Part shown: positions 49,683 to 59,631 of the stretch, piece by piece
Numbering within the stretch: position 1 is the stretch's first letter
Layout of the letters: the number at the start of each line of letters is the position of its first letter
Origin: Giardia intestinalis
Lineage: Eukaryota
Reading direction: 5' to 3' (one strand)
Assembly (NCBI GenBank): GCA_000002435.2
Contig: CM018793.1
Length of the DNA stretch: 64,000 bases
The notes under the pieces: generated by a model
What the model was told of the DNA's origin: nothing
The model's input: only the letters and a program-made list of their open reading frames with translations
Database searches by the model: none
Made by a program: the position numbers and the translations under genes

Positions 49683-50411
49683 CTAGTCAGCGAGGGACAT
49701 GGTACGGATGTCCTGGACATGGTCGAGCTGTTCTTTTTTCCACAGGTCAGGCGTAAGAATGGAGTAGGAGCTTTTCAGGGCGTTGTAAACGGCCCCCACC
49801 GAGTTCATCAGCGTTCTTGAGTGGCCACTCTGCCTCGTGAAGACATCGGATACGCCCGCGAACTCAAGGACTTTTGCAACCGTGGGGGACGCCACAATGC
49901 CTGCGCCGCGGGGCGCGGGAATAAGACGGACCCGGACGGAGCCGCACTTACCTGAGAGCTTCGACGACACCGTATGAGGATCTCCAAGCTTTCCGCCCCA
50001 GAAGCCGCGCCTGACGGGAACGATGTTGAGCCTGGCGTTCTTTGCCGCCTTCTTGATGGCATTCGCCACCTCCTTGGAGACACCTGCTCCATAGCCGATG
50101 AATCCGTCACGGTTCCCGACTATCACATGAGCACGGAACCTCGTACGCTGCCCGGCTGTGGTCTGCTTCTGGACAGACATGATATTGCACACCTCCTCCG
50201 CAAGCTCGCTCTTCGGAAAGAAGTAGTCAATGATCTCTGTCTCCTTGATGGGGAGAGAATACTTGAAAATGTCATAAAGGGACTCTATCTTTCCTGCCTT
50301 CACCAAGCGGCCGAGTTTCGTGGACGGATGCCACTCTTCCTCCTCCATCTGACGAGGTCCGCGCTCACCGCGCTCTGGTCGTTCTGGCCTGGGAGCACTT
50401 TCAGCCTGCAT
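49683..50411 (-). CDS. RPS2: 40S ribosomal protein S2 (uS5)
   Basis: R/G/E-rich N-terminus, then TKLGRLVKAGKIESLYDIFKYSLPIKETEIIDYFFP...HVIVGNRDGFIGYGAGVSKEVANAIKKAAKNARLNIVPVRRGFWG...GSVRVRLIPAPRGAGIVASPTVAKVLEFAGV..: full-length uS5 match; AGTAAAC poly(A) motif (49673-49679, minus) 4 nt after the stop. Confidence 0.95.
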   Translation of the reverse strand: MQAESAPRPERPERGERGPRQMEEEEWHPSTKLGRLVKAGKIESLYDIFKYSLPIKETEIIDYFFPKSELAEEVCNIMSVQKQTTAGQRTRFRAHVIVGNRDGFIGYGAGVSKEVANAIKKAAKNARLNIVPVRRGFWGGKLGDPHTVSSKLSGKCGSVRVRLIPAPRGAGIVASPTVAKVLEFAGVSDVFTRQSGHSRTLMNSVGAVYNALKSSYSILTPDLWKKEQLDHVQDIRTMSLAD

Positions 50412-50539
50412 GCTACGCCATGGACGTTAGTTTTGGGCTACAAAGTCAAATCAAAATTAGAACGTTTTTTTAATCGCTGGTCAGAAAAGTGGACGAAATT
50501 TGAAAAGTGTGCACCTCTAATTTCAGTGTAATAATTGCA

Positions 50540-52177
50540 ATGAGCACAAGGGACCGAGAGGCGGAGGAGGCTCTTTACAAGGACGTGTTTGGGGAGTCTG
50601 AGCTCCTGGACTTGTGCTCGGACAACAGGGCTCTGCAGGAGGGGTCTGTGCACGCGTCTCCCGGGGCATCTCCTCAATCTGGGGACGGGCGATCCGAAGC
50701 GTCTGGTTCAGTCCTCTCCGACGACTCCTTTTTTGATGACGAAGATGTCGATAAGACGGAAGAACAGAATATTCGCAATCAAAAGGCACGAGGTCTTTCC
50801 TGGGCCGTTGAACGGGCAGAGGACGATGAGTTTCGAAAAAGACTGGATGAGCTAGCCCGGGAAGAAGCTATCAATGTATTATCTTTGGGGACAGAACCCA
50901 ATCTAAAAAGGACCGTATTAAGCCAATTGGGTCCTTCTAGTCAACTGGAGTTAAAGCGGCTCTCACCACTCACAGTTTCTGATTGTCCTATGCACAAGGT
51001 AACGTCGATTCACGTGCACCCCAATGGAAGACTAGCGATTGTCTCTTCGCTGGACAATAGGCTCCGTCTCTTCGAGATAGACGACCCTACAAACCCACTT
51101 GTCAGCTCCTTCCTATTCACGCAGGTTACCCCCACATCTGCCTTCTTTTCAGACAACTACCGGTGGCTGGTGATTACTGGCAATACAAACTTTTATCACC
51201 TTTTTGATTTAGAGACGGGGACTGATGTCAAGCGCAGGCTTCCCTTGCGAAAGCGGCACCTCAAAGATGCTAGCTTGGACTATTATCTCAAAGGGAGGAA
51301 CCGTGAAGTCCTAGTTCTCTCCATGCAGAGCTCCATTCCAGGATGGCCAGGGAGTTCGCTTATATTTTTCAGCGAGTGCAGTGGTGCTGCAAATTATAGC
51401 AGGGTGAACAATTTGGCACACAGAAATGTTGACCCTGGGAAAACAAACGGCATAAAGGCAGGCTATGGGCCCCCAGACGCACAATCGGAGACCAGAGAGA
51501 CAGACAGATACACCTTTGTTTATGGCTTACACTTAGAGACCAACTCATATGCCTATAAGCTGCAATTCCCCTTTGCTACAACGGGTCTTATACGACTCAT
51601 AAGTCCGTCTAACATGTCCCTGGCGCGGATATCGGGCCACACAAATGAGCACCCTATCCTGGTGGTTTCGGGGCGGGGACATGGTAACATTGCCTTGGTC
51701 GAGTTCGATGCATCGAATTTCTACTCGGTGAAGGATCCTATAATCTTCGGTGACGACTCCTTCAATATCACGGCTATGGCGGCCAGCCAAGTGCATATTG
51801 CTACGGGCGATGAGCACGGCTTCATCAACATCTATCGCATCTCAGACGTTTACTCAGCTAGTTCCACCAATAGTTCCTTAGAGCAGGACGCCTCCTCCAT
51901 CTATCGGCGGCCTCTGCGCGTTGCCCCATTATACGTCATTAAGAACATCGTCACTGAGATTATTTCCATGGAATTCAATCCGACCGGAGAAATACTAGTG
52001 GTGGCTTCTCAAGCCAACGAGACTCGCTTTATCAATCTTCACACTGGCAAGGTCTTCGACATTCAAAAGCCCCCCAGTGGTGCGTGCACGTTCGCCTTCA
52101 CTCCGGATCTCAGTAGGGTCTTTTGCGGGAGCCGACGGGGTGTGGTGGACACTTATGAACTAGTGGCTTCAAGTTGA
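50540..52177 (+). CDS. WD40/beta-propeller repeat protein (possibly U3 snoRNP UTP18-like)
   Basis: ORF-track start 50507 is GTG; ATG 50540 behind ATAATTGCAATG; acidic/Ser-rich N-terminus then WD-like blades (VHPNGRLAIVSSLDNRLRLFEI, IATGDEHGFINIYRI, LVVASQANETRFINL). Confidence 0.55.
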   Translation: MSTRDREAEEALYKDVFGESELLDLCSDNRALQEGSVHASPGASPQSGDGRSEASGSVLSDDSFFDDEDVDKTEEQNIRNQKARGLSWAVERAEDDEFRKRLDELAREEAINVLSLGTEPNLKRTVLSQLGPSSQLELKRLSPLTVSDCPMHKVTSIHVHPNGRLAIVSSLDNRLRLFEIDDPTNPLVSSFLFTQVTPTSAFFSDNYRWLVITGNTNFYHLFDLETGTDVKRRLPLRKRHLKDASLDYYLKGRNREVLVLSMQSSIPGWPGSSLIFFSECSGAANYSRVNNLAHRNVDPGKTNGIKAGYGPPDAQSETRETDRYTFVYGLHLETNSYAYKLQFPFATTGLIRLISPSNMSLARISGHTNEHPILVVSGRGHGNIALVEFDASNFYSVKDPIIFGDDSFNITAMAASQVHIATGDEHGFINIYRISDVYSASSTNSSLEQDASSIYRRPLRVAPLYVIKNIVTEIISMEFNPTGEILVVASQANETRFINLHTGKVFDIQKPPSGACTFAFTPDLSRVFCGSRRGVVDTYELVASS

Positions 52178-52264
52178 TTTTCTTAGAGAGGTGACAGAGA
52201 AGGTGAATCTAACAGTGGTTTTACAGAGCGAAAAGACAGACGAGTAAATAGGTACACAAGTGAA

Positions 52265-52690
52265 TTAGAGGAGAGTGAGCGTGGCCCCGGCAAAGCCGAT
52301 TAGCATGTTGAGCAGCGCCTCGTTGACACTATATGGCCTGTCTGCAATGAAAAGGGAGGCTTGCTTGGCGAGTCCAACAATGAAGATGAATGCACCCGTG
52401 AGGCGCATAAAATTATGTGGGCCAAGGGCAGGCTTGCGAGGGATGATACAAGCTCGCAGAAGAGTCCAGACAAAAAGAAGAATAGTTGCTGAAAGAAACA
52501 GAGTCGTTAGTAATGGATTGGGGAAGCTGTGAATCATCAGGCTGTTGCGTAGTATCTTTGGGAAGAGCGGCACCTCCTCTCCACGAGCAAAGTAGTCAAT
52601 GCGAAGGTTAGTCACCATAAGTGCGTATGGGTTCGCTGTTTGCTTTTTTCCAGGAAAACAAACCAATTTACAATGAAAGCTGGGGTGCAT
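52265..52690 (-). CDS. small three-TM membrane protein, hypothetical (start at 52690 or internal ATG 52618)
   Basis: ORF-track start is GTG; two candidate ATGs; three hydrophobic helices; no family assigned. Confidence 0.4.
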   Translation of the reverse strand: MHPSFHCKLVCFPGKKQTANPYALMVTNLRIDYFARGEEVPLFPKILRNSLMIHSFPNPLLTTLFLSATILLFVWTLLRACIIPRKPALGPHNFMRLTGAFIFIVGLAKQASLFIADRPYSVNEALLNMLIGFAGATLTLL

Positions 52691-52732
52691 GCCACACACA
52701 AGCCATACGAGACACGGTGGAAGGCAGCATAA

Positions 52733-53074
52733 TTAGACATGCTTATAGCGTAGATATTCTGTTAAGAAAACCATAAGACGCTTTGTGAAGAGTAAGCACA
52801 CACAGAAAACTGCCAAAACTACTAGAAGGACCATATTCCGCTTATCGGACCGCCGCTTGGCCGCTGTATCTTCGAAGTATTTCTCTAGTTCAGTAAGATC
52901 CTTCTCCCTCCTATCCATGAGCCGCTTTACAGTGTAGATACTCATCGTGAGATATTCCTTAAGATCCGAGTTCTCGGCCAGGACATTGAAAGAGCGCGTA
53001 GCTTGGCGATGAACATTTGCGTACAGCTGAGTGTTCGTCAGCTCCGACGGGACATCGCGCTTCTGTTGTTGCAT
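52733..53074 (-). CDS. tail-anchored coiled-coil protein, SNARE-like (113 aa)
   Basis: Heptad segment (..IYTVKRLMDRREKDLTELEKYFEDTAAKRRSDKRN) resembling a synaptobrevin-type SNARE motif, immediately followed by C-terminal TM MVLLVVLAVFCVCLLF; ATG behind AAAATTTACAAATG. Confidence 0.45.
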   Translation of the reverse strand: MQQQKRDVPSELTNTQLYANVHRQATRSFNVLAENSDLKEYLTMSIYTVKRLMDRREKDLTELEKYFEDTAAKRRSDKRNMVLLVVLAVFCVCLLFTKRLMVFLTEYLRYKHV

Positions 53075-53099
53075 TTGTAAATTTTGTCCTCATTAAAAA
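53075..53099. promoter_or_regulatory. 25-bp AT-rich bidirectional promoter (ttgtaaattttgtcctcattaaaaa)
   Basis: Lies between divergent ATGs at 53074 (minus) and 53100 (plus). Confidence 0.5.
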
Positions 53100-54038
53100 A
53101 TGTTCGAAGAATTGAAGGAAGAGCGGGAAAAGTTCGCAGCGAAGATACAGTCTTTACAGAGGGCCAGACATGAAAGCTTAGTCCGCTCGTTCTATTCTCT
53201 CCAGCCTCAAAAGTCCCAATCCCTATCGCGACTTTATAGCCAGACAATTGAGCCGGTATTATGCAGTAAAAGCGGTGATGAGACAAGAGCAACCAACCAG
53301 GTCGATCTCCTTGCCGAGTCAATTACTGATCCAGAGAAGATATATGGTGAGAAGCTCGATAGCATTGCTAATATTACTAATGTATCACAGGATAAAGCGA
53401 GCAGCACAGTGCCTCCGGCGACCACAGCCGATAATTCATCAGAAACATATTGTTCCCCTACCACATACAATGTAATACGTAGCGGATACCAGCTGTGTGA
53501 CAGCGATAGCTCTTTCGGCAACTACAACACGATTGATGTTCTCAACCATTTAGCTGTTCACAGCCAGGCGACAAACGAAGAAAGAGACGAAGAAGTAAGT
53601 ATCCCGGCGGCTGTGCACACCCCAGTGACGCGGCACACAGAAACTGTAGCTCACCGTGTGAACGTGACCAAGAATGCCGTATCTGCGAACAAGATAGACT
53701 ATCGGCAGGCTGGGACACACACCCCTAGCAGAGATCCATCAACACAAAGTCACAAGCAAGCTAACAAGGGAACAATGACGCACAGCCTGTGTCTCAAGTC
53801 AGTCGCTATACAGGTCCATAGCCAGCCACCAAAGGCCTCCGACCACAGACAAGATGTTAAAAAGAAATTAACAGTTTCAGCCTTCGTGCACCCCATTAGA
53901 AAACAGCCCAAAATAGAGTACCACCCCGGTGCCATATCAAGCCTGGTGCATCCTGCGTATAGCTCTTCTGTGCTCCAATCATACACAGAAATATATAAAA
54001 GCCTCAGCAACACTAGCAAAGCGATACTGAGCAGCTAG
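53100..54038 (+). CDS. hypothetical protein (312 aa), N-terminal coiled coil, S/T-rich
   Basis: ATG behind TCATTAAAAAATG; 3' end overlaps the convergent gene's stop by 4 bp. Confidence 0.5.
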   Translation: MFEELKEEREKFAAKIQSLQRARHESLVRSFYSLQPQKSQSLSRLYSQTIEPVLCSKSGDETRATNQVDLLAESITDPEKIYGEKLDSIANITNVSQDKASSTVPPATTADNSSETYCSPTTYNVIRSGYQLCDSDSSFGNYNTIDVLNHLAVHSQATNEERDEEVSIPAAVHTPVTRHTETVAHRVNVTKNAVSANKIDYRQAGTHTPSRDPSTQSHKQANKGTMTHSLCLKSVAIQVHSQPPKASDHRQDVKKKLTVSAFVHPIRKQPKIEYHPGAISSLVHPAYSSSVLQSYTEIYKSLSNTSKAILSS

Positions 54039-56812
54039 TAGTCCATATTCGTCAGTACATCCTCCAGGGCATTGATGAGTTGCCGTGCACCAAGGCTTGC
54101 CAGGCCAAGTGGGGTTCTGTGAGTTTCCATGTATGATATCGCCTCATTCACCATCTTCTCTATCTGCTCACTAGATTGGCACAGCGTCGTTCCTAGCAAG
54201 GCGTGATGTTGTATTAACGGGTTTGTTAGCTTAGTCTCGCTATAGTTAACGACTGTCTGCCTGTGTACCTGCTGAGTCGTGGAGACGTCCAGAGAGCCGG
54301 GATTCAGAGACACCTCTTTGGCAGTTGAGTCTCTTGCACTGTACCCGACCCCTGGTGCAAAGATCAACGAGCTCAACGGCATAGCGCTTTCTGTGTTATA
54401 ATTGATAAGCCCCTCCTGCACCACAAACTTATAGATCTTATGGATTGTGTCAACTGGTACAGGAAGGATGTCATACAGTACAAAACATTTGAACGGACGC
54501 TTCTGCGTGGTTAGATAGTAATGTATTATCGTATTTCTAAACAGGATATAGTCTTGTTCTCGTAACTTCCCATTAGACAGCTCCGATGCGAAGTAGCCCT
54601 TTTCTAGCGGATACATGATAGTTACATCTTCGAACCACTTGTTCGGTGTCACCTGGAACAAGCTTGAATAGCTAGAATGAGTACGGGGGGCTGGGCTTTT
54701 AAAGTCAAGCATGCACTCTATCTCTCCATCCAGTACCTGTCTGGCCACAATAAGCCCTGACCCGGTGTGTCCATACGCCCTACCGTCATCGGCAACCCCC
54801 GTGAATTGCGGACCAAACAAGAGGGTGTCTAGGACAGGTGGGTACTTATATTTATGGCACTTAAACTCGTCCATTATCTGTGAAACAGGGACCAGATTTC
54901 CCTGTTCATCGGGTATCTTCAAATATTTGCGCAACTCTAGCTGATTATCACTACACCGAATTATGGATAACAGTATCTTTTCGGTATCACTGTCAAAATT
55001 ACTATTATAAATATAGCTAAATGCTGTCAATAGAAAGTGCTCTTTCAAGACCTCACACTTTCGTCCCAAGAAGCGCGGGTTGCTCAAAGTCATAGTGCAC
55101 TGAGCATCGTCTAGTGCTGCCTTTGTCTGATGATCTATTAACTGGCTCAGCACTGGCGAGTCCTCCTTAGCACCTGCCAAGAGAGCATGTGGCAGGTGTC
55201 CGTTCTGCCACTTAGATGGGTCTGAGGTTGGACTGAACAGAATATCGACAACATCCTTGGTCGAAAGGACACCGTGAAATGATAACATCCTATGTTCGTT
55301 TGGAGCATCTCTAAAAGATAATGTGCCAAAAGAGAGTGTGACATTTATTTTTTCATAGTTATATGTCTCTGCATCTCTCTCGTTTATGCCTGATTGACTG
55401 TCAGCTGGACTAAGGGTATATCCTATGTTTTTCTTTAAAAGATTCAAGGAGGACTCGTACTTCTCAGGATGGGCTCGCATGTTAGTGTAGAAGTAACTAA
55501 GATTGGGGCTCGTAAACTCAATATCTCGAAAAACAAATCTACATCCTCCACAGTGGCATTCGTAGTATTTGCAAGAATTATCTGAGGGCTGTGATAAGGG
55601 CGCAGCCGCCACATTCGCTGACTCCTCGAGGGCAGCTATGGGAACGTAGGTTATGTTTTGCTCGGTATAGTCTGATAGCTCACATAGCTCATTGTAGTTT
55701 AACGAATCCAAAAGCCACTGGAGCGACAGAAAGACAACTTCAAGACACACAGACCTGGGTGAAACAGATTCATGGGTGTCTGATTGTGCGGAGGCATCTG
55801 AAGAGAAGGTGTCCAGAGCATCTATAAAGTTCTGTGCATCAATGGAGTTGTCAAAAGAGAGTAGGGCGCGGGACCCTAGAAGGGGGACTACCTCACTTGC
55901 AGTAGGCTTTACCCCCTTGGCCTCTGCAACAAGCTGCTTCTGTTCCACTGTGTCGTACGAAGGAGGAGACCGTAACATGTGCACCAAGTACTGGTCTTCT
56001 ACAAATTCCAATATGCGGAAGGAGATTCGTGAAATGGCGAGATTGTCCTGCAATCGTCCTCGTCTAGGCTGAACAATTACTTTTCGCAGCTTATCGTCGC
56101 CACTCGGAAACCATGGAGCACACAACACAAGTGGGACAGCTGAGGTAAATACTTTGCCGAGCTGGTTGCAGGAACTAAGTGAGTCATCATCCTGCTTTTG
56201 TGTCGTATCCCGATCCTCATCGTGATAGTAAATTTCGTCAGCGTGAACTGAAAAGGAATGCTTGCCTACTACTGCTACTGAAGATGGCGCAAAATAGGAC
56301 GAGATTTTGAACTTGTTACACGCCTCCCCAAGCAATCTTTTTAACTCTACTGGCATGTGAGGATCAAAGATCAAGATATATTGCTTGCCAATCCTCTCTT
56401 CATTAATAGCTGCATAACACTTCGCATAGAGCGATAGGAACTCGTCAGTTGCCATGGAGGAGATGTGCTGGTAAACAGCGTCATACCTGAGCATGATCGA
56501 TGCCTCCGATGAATGAGAGATAATCATCCGCAGAATAAGGTGAAGCGTCTTATTGCGTGTTTTAGTATTGCTTAGGAGATAATGGGGGATCTTTGTTTGA
56601 GGCTGCACCCCTGCCTTCAACCCAAGAAGGGTGTCTGCACGCTCAAAAAAACACGAAAAGATACCTGAGAGCTTGTTGGAACAGTAAGCGTCCGTAAGTT
56701 TCCGACCGTCTTCAAAGAATGAGTGCGGAAGTTGCTGAATAAATGAATGAATATATGGCTGTAATAGCGTCTCCAGATAATCTTGAGACCAAGTGGCCTT
56801 GAGAAAAACCAT
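54035..56812 (-). CDS. large hypothetical protein (925 aa)
   Basis: ATG 56810-56812 behind AAATTAAAATAAATTATCATG; no motif recognised. Confidence 0.65.
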   Translation of the reverse strand: MVFLKATWSQDYLETLLQPYIHSFIQQLPHSFFEDGRKLTDAYCSNKLSGIFSCFFERADTLLGLKAGVQPQTKIPHYLLSNTKTRNKTLHLILRMIISHSSEASIMLRYDAVYQHISSMATDEFLSLYAKCYAAINEERIGKQYILIFDPHMPVELKRLLGEACNKFKISSYFAPSSVAVVGKHSFSVHADEIYYHDEDRDTTQKQDDDSLSSCNQLGKVFTSAVPLVLCAPWFPSGDDKLRKVIVQPRRGRLQDNLAISRISFRILEFVEDQYLVHMLRSPPSYDTVEQKQLVAEAKGVKPTASEVVPLLGSRALLSFDNSIDAQNFIDALDTFSSDASAQSDTHESVSPRSVCLEVVFLSLQWLLDSLNYNELCELSDYTEQNITYVPIAALEESANVAAAPLSQPSDNSCKYYECHCGGCRFVFRDIEFTSPNLSYFYTNMRAHPEKYESSLNLLKKNIGYTLSPADSQSGINERDAETYNYEKINVTLSFGTLSFRDAPNEHRMLSFHGVLSTKDVVDILFSPTSDPSKWQNGHLPHALLAGAKEDSPVLSQLIDHQTKAALDDAQCTMTLSNPRFLGRKCEVLKEHFLLTAFSYIYNSNFDSDTEKILLSIIRCSDNQLELRKYLKIPDEQGNLVPVSQIMDEFKCHKYKYPPVLDTLLFGPQFTGVADDGRAYGHTGSGLIVARQVLDGEIECMLDFKSPAPRTHSSYSSLFQVTPNKWFEDVTIMYPLEKGYFASELSNGKLREQDYILFRNTIIHYYLTTQKRPFKCFVLYDILPVPVDTIHKIYKFVVQEGLINYNTESAMPLSSLIFAPGVGYSARDSTAKEVSLNPGSLDVSTTQQVHRQTVVNYSETKLTNPLIQHHALLGTTLCQSSEQIEKMVNEAISYMETHRTPLGLASLGARQLINALEDVLTNMDY

Positions 56813-57051
56813 GATAATTTATTTTAATTTCAGTAAGCCAACGGTGATTGCTACATGCCCCTCTGTTGCACAAATGCAGGCCGAAACAGTGTTCCTCGGG
56901 CAATGGACACGAAGAGCCCTTTTAATTTTAAAGTAATCTTCTGTGAGCACTCTGAATCATAGTCAAAGTGTGCTGGCATACAGATCCTACGAGATAAAGT
57001 GTGTTGAGAACCAATATTATTGATATTAGATTACTTAACTTAAAAAGCCGA

Positions 57052-57411
57052 ATGGAGGCCTTTGTTGATGTTCGAATGCTCGGTTTGTGGGCGTCGTCTA
57101 AGGCGGCTACATGTACTAACGAGATCTCAGAGTGCCAGGATGTCATGCACTTCCTGCTGGCAGCAGAGGAGCTACTGCTATCAGGAAAGAGTGAGCGGAA
57201 GGTTCTCGTGCACTTAGGTTGCGACGTCTACGAGCCTGGTCTTTGCGACTTAAATGGGTGGATAAAGATCCACCTCGGCGCAGGGATTGTGGTTGAGATG
57301 ACCTATGCAGAGGCCAAGAAGTATTTGACACGGCGGATTCGTGATCTTACCGATGAGATAGACGAACTTCATAAGACCATGGCTGATTGCGCAGCTTTAT
57401 GTTCTAATTGA
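57052..57411 (+). CDS. prefoldin alpha-type subunit-like protein (119 aa)
   Basis: ORF-track start 57001 is GTG; ATG 57052 behind TTAAAAAGCCGAATG; helix-hairpin-helix pattern with central VLVHLGCDVY...IHLGAGIVVEMTYAEAKKYLTRRIRDLTDEIDEL resembling the PFD5/UXT beta-hairpin and C-terminal helix. Confidence 0.5.
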   Translation: MEAFVDVRMLGLWASSKAATCTNEISECQDVMHFLLAAEELLLSGKSERKVLVHLGCDVYEPGLCDLNGWIKIHLGAGIVVEMTYAEAKKYLTRRIRDLTDEIDELHKTMADCAALCSN

Positions 57412-58044
57412 GACCTATCCTGTCTTATTCACTGTCTACACCTCAAGATAGCCACTTATCATTCTAGCAGCTAGAGTTCTCAACTCTCCAGTGTTATGTC
57501 CTTGTTGGATCGCCCATAACTATCTGGTGCGTTGTACCGTAGTTTTCGATGCACGTATGCAATGCAGTATCCGATTGTATCTCTATTCGGCAAACGTGAG
57601 ATGTACTTGGATTTACCCTTGAGGCAGAGTATTCATCTTATTAGACGCAACAGTGCTGCCGACCAAGCCACTGCTAGGCAGAGCACACGGCCTGTATCTG
57701 CTCATCTCGTGCTCTAGCCAGCCACCCTGCGTGAGCATCTGGAGACATGCCTGGACATATGTGTGGTATTCTGCGGTGTGTACGGTCCCGTGTCCACGCA
57801 GTAGGCCAGCCAGAGAGCGTGTGCAGGCACGCCATGTGGCACCACGTCCTTTGTGGAGCGCTGGAGGAATACACAGGTGAGGGTCTACCATCAAGATGCG
57901 GACACGTTGCTTCCTGACATGGAAGGTCAATGAGGCTATCCAGATGGCCCAGCTATGGTAGAAGGCTAGCAGATGTGATCGTATTGGCCATCAGCACTGT
58001 CACTAACACCAACATGCATGACTAATGGACCTAGCAGGGCCGCA

Positions 58045-59610
58045 ATGTTGCTACTAGTTCTCTGCTTTTTGATGAGCGCCCTCGCCGCGCAACGCACTAA
58101 ACAACCCACATCCGACTGCGGAGTCGCAAACTGCGCCCAGTGCAACGCGGACGGCAGGACGTGTGATCAGTGCAGCGAGGGGTACAACCTCAACCAGGAG
58201 AAGACCCAGTGCACCAAGGCGTGCGCGGTCGCAAACTGCGCCCAGTGCAACGCGGACGGCAGGACGTGTGATCAGTGCAGCGAGGGGTACAACCTCAACC
58301 AGGAGAAGACCCAGTGCACCAAGGCGTGCGCGGTCGCAAACTGCGCCCAGTGCAACGCGGACGGCAGGACGTGTGATCAGTGCAGCGAGGGGTACAACCT
58401 CAACCAGGAGAAGACCCAGTGCACCAAGGCGTGCGCGGTCGCAAACTGCGCCCAGTGCAACGCGGACGGCAGGACGTGTGATCAGTGCAGCGAGGGGTAC
58501 AACCTCAACCAGGAGAAGACCCAGTGCACCAAGGCGTGCGCGGTCGCAAACTGCGCCCAGTGCAACGCGGACGGCAGGACGTGTGATCAGTGCAGCGAGG
58601 GGTACAACCTCAACCAGGAGAAGACCCAGTGCACCAAGAACCCAGAAGCGCGATGCAATACTCCCAACTGTAAGACCTGTGACAGCCCCAAAACAGACAG
58701 TGAAATCTGCACTGAATGTAATAATGGCAACTACCTCACCCCGACAAAGCAGTGCACGCAGAGCTGCGGAACAATAGGAAGCTACTACAACGGAGACAAA
58801 GTGTGCGAGCCCTGTGATCCTAGCTGTGCTGCGTGCATCACAAAGGGACCAGCGAAGTGCACGCTGTGTCCTCCCGGGAAGAGGCTCCAGTACACAGATG
58901 AAGGAGCCACTCAGAACGGCGGATCCTGCGTAGATGAGTGCAAGCCTGAAGGAGGAGCTAGCGGATGCGAGACCTGCGGAGCCACCATCGGAGGGACAAA
59001 GTATTGCTCGAAGTGCAGCACATCCACGGAGGTCCCCGTCAACGGGGTCTGTACAGCAGACAATGCCCGCGCAGCTGCGTGCAAGGTGAAAGATGGCAAG
59101 GGAGGGTGCACTACGTGTGAGAGTGGATACTTCCTCCAAGACGGCGGTTGCTACAAACTCGGTAGACAGCCCGGTGAGCAGATATGCACAGCAGCCAGTA
59201 GCGCTGGTAAGTGCGAGACGTGCGCCAATAGTCTTCAGCCCAATAATGGAGCATGCCCCTCGTGTCACTCGACCTGTAAGACATGTCGTGATGCTAATTC
59301 TGCAAATGCTTGTACAACGTGTGCAGCTGGGTACTATATGGTCGGATCAGCAGCTGGACCATGCACTTCGTGTGACAGCAACAGTGGAAGTGTCAAGGGA
59401 GTTGCTGGCTGCATGAGCTGCGCTCCTCCATCGTCTAGTACTGGCTCCGTCCTTTGCTACCTCATGAACGGTGACAGTGCCGGCGGAAGCACGAACAAGA
59501 GCGGCCTTAGCACAGGCGCCATCGCAGGCATTTCTGTCGCAGTCATCGTTGTCGTGGGGGGTCTTGTCGGCTTCCTCTGCTGGTGGTTCCTCTGCAGGGG
59601 CAAGGCGTAG
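58045..59610 (+). CDS. VSP: variant-specific surface protein (VSP)
   Basis: Signal peptide MLLLVLCFLMSALAA, about 11% Cys in CXXC motifs, GGCY motif, C-terminal TM plus invariant CRGKA tail; AGTAAAC poly(A) motif at 59625-59631; an upstream in-frame ATG at 58018 is possible. Confidence 0.9.
   Translation: MLLLVLCFLMSALAAQRTKQPTSDCGVANCAQCNADGRTCDQCSEGYNLNQEKTQCTKACAVANCAQCNADGRTCDQCSEGYNLNQEKTQCTKACAVANCAQCNADGRTCDQCSEGYNLNQEKTQCTKACAVANCAQCNADGRTCDQCSEGYNLNQEKTQCTKACAVANCAQCNADGRTCDQCSEGYNLNQEKTQCTKNPEARCNTPNCKTCDSPKTDSEICTECNNGNYLTPTKQCTQSCGTIGSYYNGDKVCEPCDPSCAACITKGPAKCTLCPPGKRLQYTDEGATQNGGSCVDECKPEGGASGCETCGATIGGTKYCSKCSTSTEVPVNGVCTADNARAAACKVKDGKGGCTTCESGYFLQDGGCYKLGRQPGEQICTAASSAGKCETCANSLQPNNGACPSCHSTCKTCRDANSANACTTCAAGYYMVGSAAGPCTSCDSNSGSVKGVAGCMSCAPPSSSTGSVLCYLMNGDSAGGSTNKSGLSTGAIAGISVAVIVVVGGLVGFLCWWFLCRGKA
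58114..58638 (+). repeat. 5 x 105-bp perfect or near-perfect tandem repeat inside the VSP CDS (35-aa unit ACAVANCAQCNADGRTCDQCSEGYNLNQEKTQCTK)
   Basis: Copies at 58114, 58219, 58324, 58429, 58534; copies 2-5 identical at nucleotide level, copy 1 differs only in its first ~10 nt. Confidence 0.9.
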
Positions 59611-59624
59611 ATGTGTACTTAGGT

Positions 59625-59631
59625 AGTAAAC
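59625..59631 (+). terminator. Giardia-type polyadenylation signal AGTAAAC after VSP stop
   Basis: AGTRAAY 15 nt after TAG. Confidence 0.6.

Noticed and set aside
5744-57001. ORF-track start codons at 5744, 15240, 18812, 28231, 28322, 30096, 37990, 50507, 52699 and 57001
   Set aside because: These are TTG or GTG codons printed as M by the ORF finder; eukaryotic nuclear genes were re-anchored to the first downstream ATG, each of which has an AT-rich initiator.
58054-59268. Long antisense (404 aa) and alternative-frame ORFs (58163-58777, 204 aa with RGTTSTRRRPSAPRRARSQTAPSATRTAG repeats) across the VSP gene
   Set aside because: Artefacts of the GC-rich tandem repeat being stop-free in several frames; the repeat periodicity simply mirrors the VSP 105-bp unit.
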